From contig JBKBRF010000001.1 of NCBI GenBank assembly GCA_046292385.1, forward strand, positions 223,305 to 287,304: 64,000 nt of DNA. The letters are read 5' to 3'. The DNA is from Armatimonadota bacterium (lineage in GTDB: Bacteria > Armatimonadota > SYMT01). The notes below the pieces were generated by a model. It did no database searches. It was given only the letters and a program-made list of their open reading frames with translations, and was not told the DNA's origin. Both the position numbers and the translations under genes were made by a program. Of this stretch, positions 34,401 through 41,677 are shown piece by piece (within the stretch, counting starts at the first letter, position 1; the number at the start of each line of letters is the position of its first letter).

Positions 34401-36524
34401 TTCGACAGCCAGCGGCGACTCTTCGAGTTCGACGAGCTGCCGATCGACACGGTGCCGTGGCGGAATCCGTTCAATAACGCGGTCGGCTTCGGGGTGGTCT
34501 CGGGCACGCCGCCCGCCAGCAGCCTGCCGCAGGCGAGCAAGCCGACGATGCTCCCGGGCCTATCCGGCGGCGGGCTGGTGGCGTGGGTGCAGCGGATTTC
34601 CCGCGGCTCCGGCAACGACGAGTACCGGATCTACTACACCCACACGCTGCAGCAGACCACGCCGCTGGAGCTGACCCCCCGCGGAACCCCGCTCGATCCG
34701 CGCGTGCCGCGGCAGGGCGTCCAGCTCACCCAGAGCTACGACGCGAACGGGAATCCATACTGGATGGCATTCTACGCCGTGGGACCCGGCACGCGGCAGA
34801 ACCTGGTGATGAGCTTCTCGCTCGACCCGTCGCAGGCCGATTCCTGGTCCGCGGAGGCTCCGGTAGCGACCTCAAAGTCGCTCTCCACCGTCCGCGACCC
34901 GTTCGCGTCGATTACGGACCAGGCGGTGCGCCGCCCGGCGCCGCTCCCGCAGACCGATCCGAACATGCCGCCGTTCCTGGCGACCGAGCTGGGGCTGCTG
35001 CCGCAGATGGCGTGGATCTCCTACGCCGGCACCAGCCAGAGCCGGGGCCTGACCGACGTCTACATGACCCGCTACCGCACCGCGGCGTTAGCGCAGGAAG
35101 GCCAGCGGAACGCCGCCAACCAGCAGAGCGGCGCGTATGACTACGCGCGGGTCGGTTACCCGCGGGTGGCCGCGGACGTGTCGGTCGGCGGGCAGGTCTA
35201 CTCGGTCGGCGGGGAGGTGCTGCAGGCCAACACCACCCGCACCACCTACAGCTCGTCCTGGGTCGACTGGCTGAGCCACGCTCACACGCCGGTGCAGGTC
35301 TACCTGGGCCGCGGCGATCTACCCGCGGGGAGCCTGGGGAGCCGCCTGCAGCCGCTGCCGCTGATCGACGTCAACGCGCAGGGGCAGGCCGGCACCGGTG
35401 GGGAGGTGGAGTTCCGGTTCTCCAACCAGCTCCAGGCCGCCGTGCCGCGTCTCCAGAACGAGCGGATCCTGATCGACCGCGCCGCCGGAATCGTCCGGTT
35501 CAGCCGGGACACGCGCACCCTGTCGCTGCTCCTCGGCCAGGCCGGCGTGACCCCGCCGTTCCAGACCAACTCTCCGGATCCGGTGGTCAGCGCGGACTTC
35601 ACCCCCGCTACCCTGCGGATCACCCGCGGCGACGTCTCCGCCAGCGACCCGGTGATCGTGCCGGTGCTCACGCAGCGCGAGAACGAGCCGATCATGGACG
35701 CGAGCTGGTACCGGCAGACGATCGACACGCAGGTGAACGGGGCCGGCCAGACCAAGGCCCAGGCCGGCATTCCGGTGCCTGGCCGCGCGGACCGCATCTG
35801 GGTCTTCTGGCGGCGCGCCACCGGTGCCGTCTCCGGCGGGACCTCGGCGTTCTACAAGATCCTGCGGCCGGGCGTGCGGGTCAGCAACGGCTCCATCCTC
35901 GGGGTACAGCCGTCCGAGCTGATCGTCTCGGTGAACGGAACGACCCTGTTCCCGGAAGAGGTGAATCCGCAGAATGGCCAGATCTACCTGCCCCACAGCT
36001 TCGAGGGACAGGAGGTCGAGGTGCGGTACCGGCTGGCGAACGGCACGACGGTGATCGAGCGCCACCGCGTGAGCTGGCTCGACGAGAGCGGGGAGCGTCC
36101 GGTTCCGATGGAGACCTCGATCAATGAGGGCAGCCTCCATGCCTTCGCGACCTTCGAGGCCCAGCTCATGAGCCCGCTGGGTCAGCCGCACACCGCGCTG
36201 GCGCCGGTGGCGAAGCTGGACCGCGCGTGGGTCTTCTGGAGCAGCACCCGATTCGGCGGCGACATCGTCTACGCCACGCTGGCGCCGCGAATCGGAATGG
36301 AGACCAACATCGCCGGAAGCGCCGTGCTCAACTCGATCACGCCGTCGGCACTGTCCCGCCTCTCGGCTAACGCGGCGCGGCAGCAGGAGCTCGCGGTGGC
36401 CGAGCACGAGCGGCGCCAGCCGTTCACCGTCCCGGTCCCGCACACGCCCGGCCCGCTTCCGCACCCCAGTACCCCGCTAGGGAAGCGGGCCGCGGCGGCT
36501 GCCTCCCAGGCAGGCAGGCGATAA
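28461..36524 (+). CDS. Giant secreted protein (2687 aa) with PQQ-like repeats; candidate pilus-associated adhesin/scaffold
   Basis: Signal peptide MLKRSAVLWMLLASLATLPVFA; VFLTTADGQVIAL, LYVADKQGTFWAL, VIFGAEKGNVFAL; uninterrupted 8-kb ORF. Confidence 0.65.
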   Translation: MLKRSAVLWMLLASLATLPVFARDFRSWRTDGIHLRGSSVGQQSTHQAFNLYESLLDTGALDLSLYWKGALQEHGGMTTAPFGDVPPTQALRDNREQDAEVDWSTWGPVASKAPAPPRPLFTPNVPQAWSPMVLDLDQTNGGNPDHVLVSVSFEPLQPGGSTREQVLNLYYPQVAAGLPQNATSVTAADRGTVRPLWVRGGNTSTPGMLIRNLAPVRASLTNAADPGVGVVTHAPILARVPATFAAAQNPTDPNRQPEILPVVYLVVGTGENNDFARVICVSLKRPDAFANAAANPILPNPASYTTGTTLEAPNGDYFNPTNGDGNVMWSYTVRARDGVAATPVAGISFADVGDSTLPVPLVFLTTADGQVIALNGRAVDQRDVSQDGDPAIDVQNPTPRWTWATPSRNVGGVPELPGFSYGMAPAVARVPLDEMFSGQGNSSQTVTNAAAKHNVTEWPLYVADKQGTFWALEAPGRTDRNGSGAVTGHSALVRWKNEAAADAARLDALGQRERFILPPVIYQGNTPMLTSGGAVVNGSSDVGFDDQVIFGAEKGNVFALDAIGELMVEGAANADDGRPTGNTSFRWQWPQDDTTLTNADDFTNTAEEPRVWPRELRDPNLSTSPTPARLAPPVDPADYFTRSPLAVALGGNSNPDGSNPNLDPGDDAVFVPYLQERAADPSVPAGNRGFWEYVGSLKPYGFVQVSRPVLELREIEFTQGADTFKLPLNTLRVGTVKGNGLPSNLVQTTRDLNNNPGGANPNYDPVGLTPEDTIYFADTTWYADETGEYVTLPFGTQVTIRYRAPASPSDLTPQDVTETLVFPSCYRDISTDPAVITPARSRASLSEAYNRLEQRRITRSGATFTVEHENPALVPTGDFLIAPDGEGARPPAMFGAGSSSTAGTLLVPSLFRGRVVAFDHRLRLQRIIPGFYHPALQTGALPQEPPAFGPATGDPGSFVQTALGTPFVEDIPASRVATQPGCPDIGGSVTVVDGWIYLTYRNGHTRSLANVSGGGAGAGGGTGANPPLWEGLPGPPSGGGNLVRAPLSIRILRNKPPTDISTFNPGANDYRDSAELDASVLLEWGETLYAEVYYGPANELPPLGAPPASPHAVPQPGSLYLDPQVLQREVQGQIRSKGAVQQLPGSNRGTRPTVANGRVIAIVPIFAGVPSGTNPLTPGTPLLWEKTSPEFKSELTYEYQVTQPGLQWRWPGPDTDNDGQYDPDPKKVHFWEVEPAQNGNPYPTTAGPGNWAWADSPATTDVVENEYAPLVSYNNPIALYYDPDLNPASNVFGMWDGGTGRNAVGTEVTYTDRLARGRRNGDLYETPYVDGSRSGSGRPVVPTVGVAVAGGEARQVLFGEHGKSTPLDSTVYPGASKLGVADRSHLALAGRSLQIRVQPAPLTKLGAGAHFGTLNNAALRDTNPNRPKGSFDQNLNYWDDGAHGMYSSLPESQLVVSKVGTALNLTSAPVQVSGRNPDGSLPNFNQFEQLAVQVDIPRFAADDVYGTRWRFTGQNGVNPTDPRANFNPYYPSTVAGPNGQAGRSYWDRAEQFSKGPVPTNNTSGPLPAANEDRSSTYVPSAAYDPAGAQTPQQIVSQTDYYDDRMKRVVLFNDANNNGQLDLSPNFREAYRTFAVQVVVKPELRVEAQQQGVDLGAVWHGKKGPGMTPDTLPNLWEWQRMESWRLAGNPSEQALGTFYKQYWRPFNLVNTGNVNMPFIKPELVFQLPNQPAKYIALAGEGNDPWRALPLVNPLATNDLRDPFQIFLRTSLDDMMTDGDPYGFNPRSGAWLQKAPVGAANPGSVVYVHDAFPNQPNLNPEARDPSNGGRPRDTWLALNLPLGTPLGTYSGSVRFYNDRVVSFQESPNQGVGFQYLGADTRNGILNRDTTGSTLEAATDPPVRLKVKVIENVAQGRQRPAATAQDQDRRVAPTGVIDFDQNGALRGLLVGYATNFLGLYTPAGAPLPQREPNRFDLFATRVLFDSQRRLFEFDELPIDTVPWRNPFNNAVGFGVVSGTPPASSLPQASKPTMLPGLSGGGLVAWVQRISRGSGNDEYRIYYTHTLQQTTPLELTPRGTPLDPRVPRQGVQLTQSYDANGNPYWMAFYAVGPGTRQNLVMSFSLDPSQADSWSAEAPVATSKSLSTVRDPFASITDQAVRRPAPLPQTDPNMPPFLATELGLLPQMAWISYAGTSQSRGLTDVYMTRYRTAALAQEGQRNAANQQSGAYDYARVGYPRVAADVSVGGQVYSVGGEVLQANTTRTTYSSSWVDWLSHAHTPVQVYLGRGDLPAGSLGSRLQPLPLIDVNAQGQAGTGGEVEFRFSNQLQAAVPRLQNERILIDRAAGIVRFSRDTRTLSLLLGQAGVTPPFQTNSPDPVVSADFTPATLRITRGDVSASDPVIVPVLTQRENEPIMDASWYRQTIDTQVNGAGQTKAQAGIPVPGRADRIWVFWRRATGAVSGGTSAFYKILRPGVRVSNGSILGVQPSELIVSVNGTTLFPEEVNPQNGQIYLPHSFEGQEVEVRYRLANGTTVIERHRVSWLDESGERPVPMETSINEGSLHAFATFEAQLMSPLGQPHTALAPVAKLDRAWVFWSSTRFGGDIVYATLAPRIGMETNIAGSAVLNSITPSALSRLSANAARQQELAVAEHERRQPFTVPVPHTPGPLPHPSTPLGKRAAAAASQAGRR

Positions 36525-36528
36525 TGAG

Positions 36529-36571
36529 CACTTCTATGGGGGCCGGGGAGGAACCGGCTCCCATAGAAGTG
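36529..36571. terminator. 18-bp hairpin ending the giant-protein operon
   Basis: CACTTCTATGGGGGCCGG-N7-CCGGCTCCCATAGAAGTG with one G:U, immediately after the stop. Confidence 0.65.
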
Positions 36572-36579
36572 AACTTTCA

Positions 36580-36609
36580 TTGACACCCGGCTCAGGCGTT
36601 TGCTAGCAT
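36580..36609 (+). promoter_or_regulatory. Housekeeping sigma-70 promoter for the pilM operon
   Basis: TTGACA at 36580-36585, 18-bp spacer, extended -10 TGcTAGCAT at 36601-36609. Confidence 0.7.
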
Positions 36610-36747
36610 ACGGCAGCGAGAAAGTGGGGTTCCCCAACAATGCCACTCTCGCCCCGCGCCGCCGCTCGCTCGCTGTCCGTTCGCCGGTAAAGTGTGCCCC
36701 GGTAACTGCTGGATCTCTCCAGAGCACGGTAAAGACGGAACAGAACG

Positions 36748-38316
36748 ATGCCCCTTAAGAAGTCCGGCGGCCCCGTGGTGGGCCTGGATATCGGATCCGC
36801 CACCATCAAGGCCTGCGAGCTCGACATTCGCGGCGGAAAGGCCAACCTCCGCGGGATAGCCGTGCTGCCCACCCCCGAGGGCGCCGTCGTCAACGACGAG
36901 ATCATCGATCCGGTCGCCCTCGGAAAGAGCATCGGACAGGTCTTCAAGCAGGCCGGTATCAAAGCACGCAAGGTCGTCACCTGCGTCTCCGGCAACAGCT
37001 CCCTGGTGGTGCGCATCATCGAAGTGCCCAAGATGACGCGCGCGGAGCTGCAGGAGACGATGAAGTGGGAGATCGAGCGGCACGTGCCGTTCGCCGCTGA
37101 GCAGGTGGTGATGGACTACCAGCCGCTCGTCGCGCCGGAAGAGGTGGCGGACGGTCAGAACATGGAAGTGCTGCTCGCGGTAGCGCAGGAAGCCTCCGTG
37201 ATGCGGCACCTCGAGGCGCTGCAGGCCGCCGGTCTGAAGGCGGTGGCGATCGACATCGAGCCGCTCGCGCAGTCCCGCTCCCTGATCGACCTCGCCAACG
37301 GCGCCGGACCGGAGGGGACCGTCGCCCTCGTCGACATCGGCGCCAGCACCACCGACATCGGCATCTATAAGGACGGCCGCATCGCCTTCACCCGCACCAT
37401 CCAGCTCGCCGGCAACAACCTGACCAAGGCGATCAGCGACGTGCTCGGCCAGCCGCTCGCCGAGGCGGAGCGCCTCAAGCGAGAGCTCGGCGGCGTACCG
37501 GACCAGCCCCGTCAGGACGCCGGCACCCTGGACGACGGCCTGGGCGACTTCCCCGGGCTCGACTTCGGCGACGCGCCGGACCTGGGCAACCTGGGCGGTA
37601 CTTTCGGTGCCGCGCCGGGCCAGGCGACCGCTACCGCCACCGACACCCACGCGGAGCCGGAGTACGACGTGGCCGGCGCCGGATTCAGCCCGGAAGCGTT
37701 CACCACTCCCTCCGGCGAGGCGAACCCGGCCGCTTCCCCGTTCGACGCTCCCCCGGCCGACCTGAGCGGCCCGGCTCCTGCCGGCAACCCGTTCGAGGTG
37801 CCCGCGGAGGAGCCCGCGGCCGGAGCGGCGCCCGCAGGCGGCTTCGATGCCTCCCTTTTCGGCCCCGCTCCCGGTGCGGACCCGTTCGCGCCCGTGGATG
37901 ATTTCCCCGCCTTCGGCGCTCCCGGCGGCGCCCCCGCCGCCTCTGCCGCCCCCGAGGCGATGAGTGAAGAAGAGTACCTCCGCACCCAGATTGCGGACGC
38001 GATCATGCCGGTTCTCCACGAGCTGGTCACCGAATTGCGGCGTTCTCTCGATTTTTATCGGAACCGTGCGAACGGTTTGGGCGCCCAACAAGTAGTAATC
38101 ACCGGTGGTACCGCCAAACTCCCCGGGCTGGCGGATTTCCTGAGGGCCAACCTCGAAGTTCCTGTTGCGGTTGGCGATCCGCTGAAGTACCTGGCTACCG
38201 GACCCAAGACGGACCCGAATTACTTGAGTGACATTGGTCCCGTCTTTCCTGTATCCGTGGGCCTGGCTGTGCGCGAGCTGCTCGTCGACACGGCGCCGGC
38301 CCGGAAGAAACGGTAG
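36748..38316 (+). CDS. pilM: Type IV pilus assembly protein PilM with an acidic low-complexity insertion
   Basis: VGLDIGSATIK, WEIERHVPF...VMDY, VLLAVA, AAGLK..AIDIEPLA, LVDIGASTT, ELRRSLDFY, ITGGTAKLPGL, VSVGLA. Confidence 0.92.
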   Translation: MPLKKSGGPVVGLDIGSATIKACELDIRGGKANLRGIAVLPTPEGAVVNDEIIDPVALGKSIGQVFKQAGIKARKVVTCVSGNSSLVVRIIEVPKMTRAELQETMKWEIERHVPFAAEQVVMDYQPLVAPEEVADGQNMEVLLAVAQEASVMRHLEALQAAGLKAVAIDIEPLAQSRSLIDLANGAGPEGTVALVDIGASTTDIGIYKDGRIAFTRTIQLAGNNLTKAISDVLGQPLAEAERLKRELGGVPDQPRQDAGTLDDGLGDFPGLDFGDAPDLGNLGGTFGAAPGQATATATDTHAEPEYDVAGAGFSPEAFTTPSGEANPAASPFDAPPADLSGPAPAGNPFEVPAEEPAAGAAPAGGFDASLFGPAPGADPFAPVDDFPAFGAPGGAPAASAAPEAMSEEEYLRTQIADAIMPVLHELVTELRRSLDFYRNRANGLGAQQVVITGGTAKLPGLADFLRANLEVPVAVGDPLKYLATGPKTDPNYLSDIGPVFPVSVGLAVRELLVDTAPARKKR

Positions 38317-38324
38317 GTATTCTG

Positions 38325-39449
38325 ATGCTAAAGATCAATCTGCTCCCGCCGTCCCTGAACCTGCGCAAGCAGCGGAACGTGGCCATTGGTGTCGTCGCGG
38401 TACTCGTGGTGGCCGAGGTCGGCTTCTTTATCTGGTCCCGCAACGGTCCACTCGACCAGAAGGCAGAGTGGGAGCGGCAGAAGGACGAGCGCAATGCCGG
38501 GCTCGCGCAGCTCGACCCGCTCGTGGCCCGGTCCGGACAGGTCGCCCAGGATGAGCAGGCGCTCGCGCCGAAGCGGAATTTCATCGAAGGCCTCTTCCGC
38601 TACAACGCGGAGTACCCGGGCCTCTACTCCCGCGTCGGCCGCTACACGCACAACGACGTGATGCTCCTGGCGATGAACGCGGACCAGGCGACCATGAACA
38701 TGAGCGCCTACGTGAGCCGGCCGGAGCACGTGGCGCGCCTGATGCTCGGCCTCAGCCGCAACCCGGATTTCACCGGTACCCCGGTAGTGGACGGCGTGCC
38801 GGACTACCAGACGGTCCTGGACCGCCGGCGCGCGGTGACGCAGCGGAACGACGAAGAGGATCTGCCCGAGACCACCATTATGGGCTACCCCGGTGGCGGA
38901 GGGCTCCCCGGCGTTGCCAGCGGCGGCTTCGGCCCCGGGATGGGCGGCGGCGGCGGTAATGGGTCTGGCGCCGGGCCCGGCATGATGATGCCGATGCCGA
39001 GTGCGGCGGGCGGCTCCATGGGTGCCGGCGGCGGCAACGGCGGCGGCGGCGGTATGACCATGCCGACGCCCGCGATGGCGGGTGGTGCCGCCGGTCCGGG
39101 CAGCAGCATGGGCGCGGCGATGGGCGGAAACAACAACAACCGCGGCGAGGGCCTCGCGGCGCTGCGGCTGGCCCGGGTTCGCCGGCAGCCGGTCGGCTTC
39201 ACCGTCTCCATCAAGTGCCAGCTCGCCAAGCCGGTTGGCCGTCCCACCTTCGGAAGCTCCGGGCAGGCCCAGGGCGGCGGCGGCGGAATGGGCGGACCCG
39301 GCGGCGGCATGTCGATGGGCGGCGGCAACGGCGGCGGCGGCATGTCGATGGGCATGGGCGGCGGCAACGGCGGCGGTGGCGGCATGCCGATGGGCGGCGG
39401 CGGCAACGGTGGCGGGATGTCCATGGGCGGCGGCAACGGCGGCTATTAA
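38325..39449 (+). CDS. pilN: PilN-like protein with Met/Gly-rich insertion and tail
   Basis: N-terminal KINLLP (PilM-binding motif), single TM, coiled coil; follows pilM. Confidence 0.75.
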   Translation: MLKINLLPPSLNLRKQRNVAIGVVAVLVVAEVGFFIWSRNGPLDQKAEWERQKDERNAGLAQLDPLVARSGQVAQDEQALAPKRNFIEGLFRYNAEYPGLYSRVGRYTHNDVMLLAMNADQATMNMSAYVSRPEHVARLMLGLSRNPDFTGTPVVDGVPDYQTVLDRRRAVTQRNDEEDLPETTIMGYPGGGGLPGVASGGFGPGMGGGGGNGSGAGPGMMMPMPSAAGGSMGAGGGNGGGGGMTMPTPAMAGGAAGPGSSMGAAMGGNNNNRGEGLAALRLARVRRQPVGFTVSIKCQLAKPVGRPTFGSSGQAQGGGGGMGGPGGGMSMGGGNGGGGMSMGMGGGNGGGGGMPMGGGGNGGGMSMGGGNGGY

Positions 39450-39477
39450 TCGACGCCGGAGCGCTTTCAGTAATTCA

Positions 39478-39503
39478 CCACCTGCCGTTTCCACGGCAGG
39501 TGG
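39478..39503 (+). terminator. Hairpin after pilN
   Basis: CCACCTGCCGT-TTCC-ACGGCAGGTGG, perfect 11-bp stem; no U-tract. Confidence 0.45.
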
Positions 39504-39566
39504 ATCAACGCCGTCCGGGGCGGCAATTCCCGCGGCCCGATTTTAGAAGTCTAAAGGTGAGTCTCG

Positions 39567-40493
39567 ATGCAAGCGCAAGCAGGCAATAGCTCAGCCGAAC
39601 CCCAGAGCTGGATGCAGAACCCGAAGATCGCAATTCCGATCATCGTGGTAGCGGCCCTGGCGATCATCGGCATTATCGTGATGTTTTTCGGCGGCTTCGG
39701 TGGAGGGGACCAGAGCGCCGGACCGGTCGATACCCCCGTCATGTTGGACCCCAACGGCGGCGGAATGACCCTGACCGATGCGGCGAGCGCCGGGGCCGGC
39801 CCCGGTATCCCCGGCGGCGGCCCCGGTATGCCCGGCGCCCCGGCCGTCGGCGGCCTGACCCCCACCATGCCGGGAGCTGCCGGCAACCCGGCCGCCCCAG
39901 CTCCCGCCGGAGCGGCCGCCGGCAAGGCGGACACCAAGCCGGGGCTTCCCCGGGGCGATTTCGGTCGCGGCAACCCGTTCGCCGAGACACGCGAGATTAC
40001 CAGCGTGCTCGACAGCGAGGTCGCCGAGCGCCAGCCGGAATACCTCGCCCCGCCGCAGAACATCTACGCGGAGCTGTACGAGCCGAAGCCCGACGAAGGG
40101 GTAACCGTGGGTGAGGACGACCAGGGTGGTCCCGCCGTGCCGACGATGCGCGTGGCCGGAATGGTAGAGGGCAGCCAGATCGCCGCCGTGCTTCAGATCG
40201 GCAGCCAGTATATGACGGTGACCCCGGGCAAGATGGTGCCGGAGGGGAATCCGGTCTATCGCGTGGACCGCGTGGAGAAAGACAAGATCTTCCTGAGCCG
40301 CCGCTGGGAGACGGGCGGTCGCAAGGGAGTCCAGCGGATCGAAGTCGGGCTGCGCGGCTCCCCGGAGATGGGTAATCCCTACCTCGCGGCCGGCGGCGGC
40401 CCCATGGGCGCGGGTCCCGGCGGGATGCCTGGGCCGGGTGCTCTGCCGGGTCCGGGTGCCCCTGCGGCGGCCGGTGGTCCCGGCGGCTACTAA
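39567..40493 (+). CDS. TM-anchored PilP/GspC-like protein
   Basis: N-terminal TM, Pro/Gly linker, RGNPF, then MRVAGMV...AAVLQIG..YMTVTPG...YRVDRVEKDKIFL resembling the PilP/GspC HR domain; no lipobox. Confidence 0.55.
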   Translation: MQAQAGNSSAEPQSWMQNPKIAIPIIVVAALAIIGIIVMFFGGFGGGDQSAGPVDTPVMLDPNGGGMTLTDAASAGAGPGIPGGGPGMPGAPAVGGLTPTMPGAAGNPAAPAPAGAAAGKADTKPGLPRGDFGRGNPFAETREITSVLDSEVAERQPEYLAPPQNIYAELYEPKPDEGVTVGEDDQGGPAVPTMRVAGMVEGSQIAAVLQIGSQYMTVTPGKMVPEGNPVYRVDRVEKDKIFLSRRWETGGRKGVQRIEVGLRGSPEMGNPYLAAGGGPMGAGPGGMPGPGALPGPGAPAAAGGPGGY

Positions 40494-40655
40494 AGACGAT
40501 GAATGGTGTGGGCCGCCGAGTCCGGAGCGACTTCCCGGCGGCCCCCGCGCCCTGAACACGTGGTCCCGCAGGTTTATCTCCCCAGCGGTGCTATTGGCCG
40601 ACGGTTCGGCAAATGGCCTCCGATACGACCCATACCGGGTTGGGAGCAGATTTAG

Positions 40656-41543
40656 ATGAAGAATAATCGACTTACGCCGCTTCACGTATACCTGATCGGC
40701 GGATTCATGATGCTGCTGGTTGGGCTGGGCATGTGGTTTTTCATGATCCGCCCCATCAATCTCGACAACGAGCGCCTTGAGGGCGAGGTGCGAGGTCTCG
40801 AAAGCACCCAGAAGCAGGTCGACGGCCAGAGCTTCGGTTGGAACCAGGTGCAGCAGGCGGAGGAGACTCTCGCCGCCGCCGAAGCGCGGCGCGACGCCGC
40901 CAAGGCCCGCCTGACGGCGGTCGAGAACAGCAAGCATCCCGCGGCGGCGCGCATCGACCTTCGGGACGGCAGCGACGAAGCGATCATCTCCAGCGGCACC
41001 CTTTCGCGCTGGCTCACCTTGCCCGGCGTGGTGATCCCGACGATGGAGCGCTTCAAGCGCCAGCATGCGGCGCGGCACAACGTCCGCGTGGTGGGTGGCT
41101 TCCAGGCACCCACCCTCAAGCCGGATGCCCGCTCGATTCCGCGCGACATCATCGCCTGGCAGCTCGGCCAGCTTCAGGTGACCGGCAAGTTTAACGACGT
41201 GATGGCGTGGGCGCGCGGTTGGAACCGCGCTCCGTTCCTGGTAGCCGTGGATGGCCTGAACCTCTCGCTGGCAGACCGCCGCGGGGTGGTGACCACCGGG
41301 TGCACGATCACCGTCTACATGTTCCCTCGGGGTCAGGCCGCGCAGTCGACCGGCGGTGGCGGCCAGGTGCAAACCGGCGGCGGTGGAATGGGCGGCGGCA
41401 TGTCGATGGGCATGGGCGGCGGCAACGGTGGCGGCGGCGGCATGTCGATGGGCATGGGCGGCGGCAACGGCGGCGGCGGCATGCCGATGGGCGGCGGCGG
41501 CAACGGTGGCGGCATGTCGATGGGCGGCGGCAACGGCGGCTAG
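40656..41543 (+). CDS. pilO: PilO-like protein with Met/Gly tail
   Basis: TM plus coiled coil; LQVTGKFNDVMAWARGWNRAPFLVAVDGLNL resembles the PilO ferredoxin-like core. Confidence 0.6.
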   Translation: MKNNRLTPLHVYLIGGFMMLLVGLGMWFFMIRPINLDNERLEGEVRGLESTQKQVDGQSFGWNQVQQAEETLAAAEARRDAAKARLTAVENSKHPAAARIDLRDGSDEAIISSGTLSRWLTLPGVVIPTMERFKRQHAARHNVRVVGGFQAPTLKPDARSIPRDIIAWQLGQLQVTGKFNDVMAWARGWNRAPFLVAVDGLNLSLADRRGVVTTGCTITVYMFPRGQAAQSTGGGGQVQTGGGGMGGGMSMGMGGGNGGGGGMSMGMGGGNGGGGMPMGGGGNGGGMSMGGGNGG

Positions 41544-41649
41544 CAGCTCGCCGCAGCGTATTCGCTCTCTGGCCAGCCAGCCAGGGAGCCCGGCGTCCCC
41601 GAGGCGGCGGCTTGCCGCCTCGGCCACCGGGATCCCGCTTCAGATCCAC

Positions 41650-41677
41650 GCAACGAATTGAACCGGGGGCGCGTCCA
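41650..41677 (+). promoter_or_regulatory. ECF-sigma-like promoter GCAAC-N17-CGTCCA upstream of the secretin N-domain protein
   Basis: GCAAC at 41650-41654 and CGTC at 41672-41675. Confidence 0.6.
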
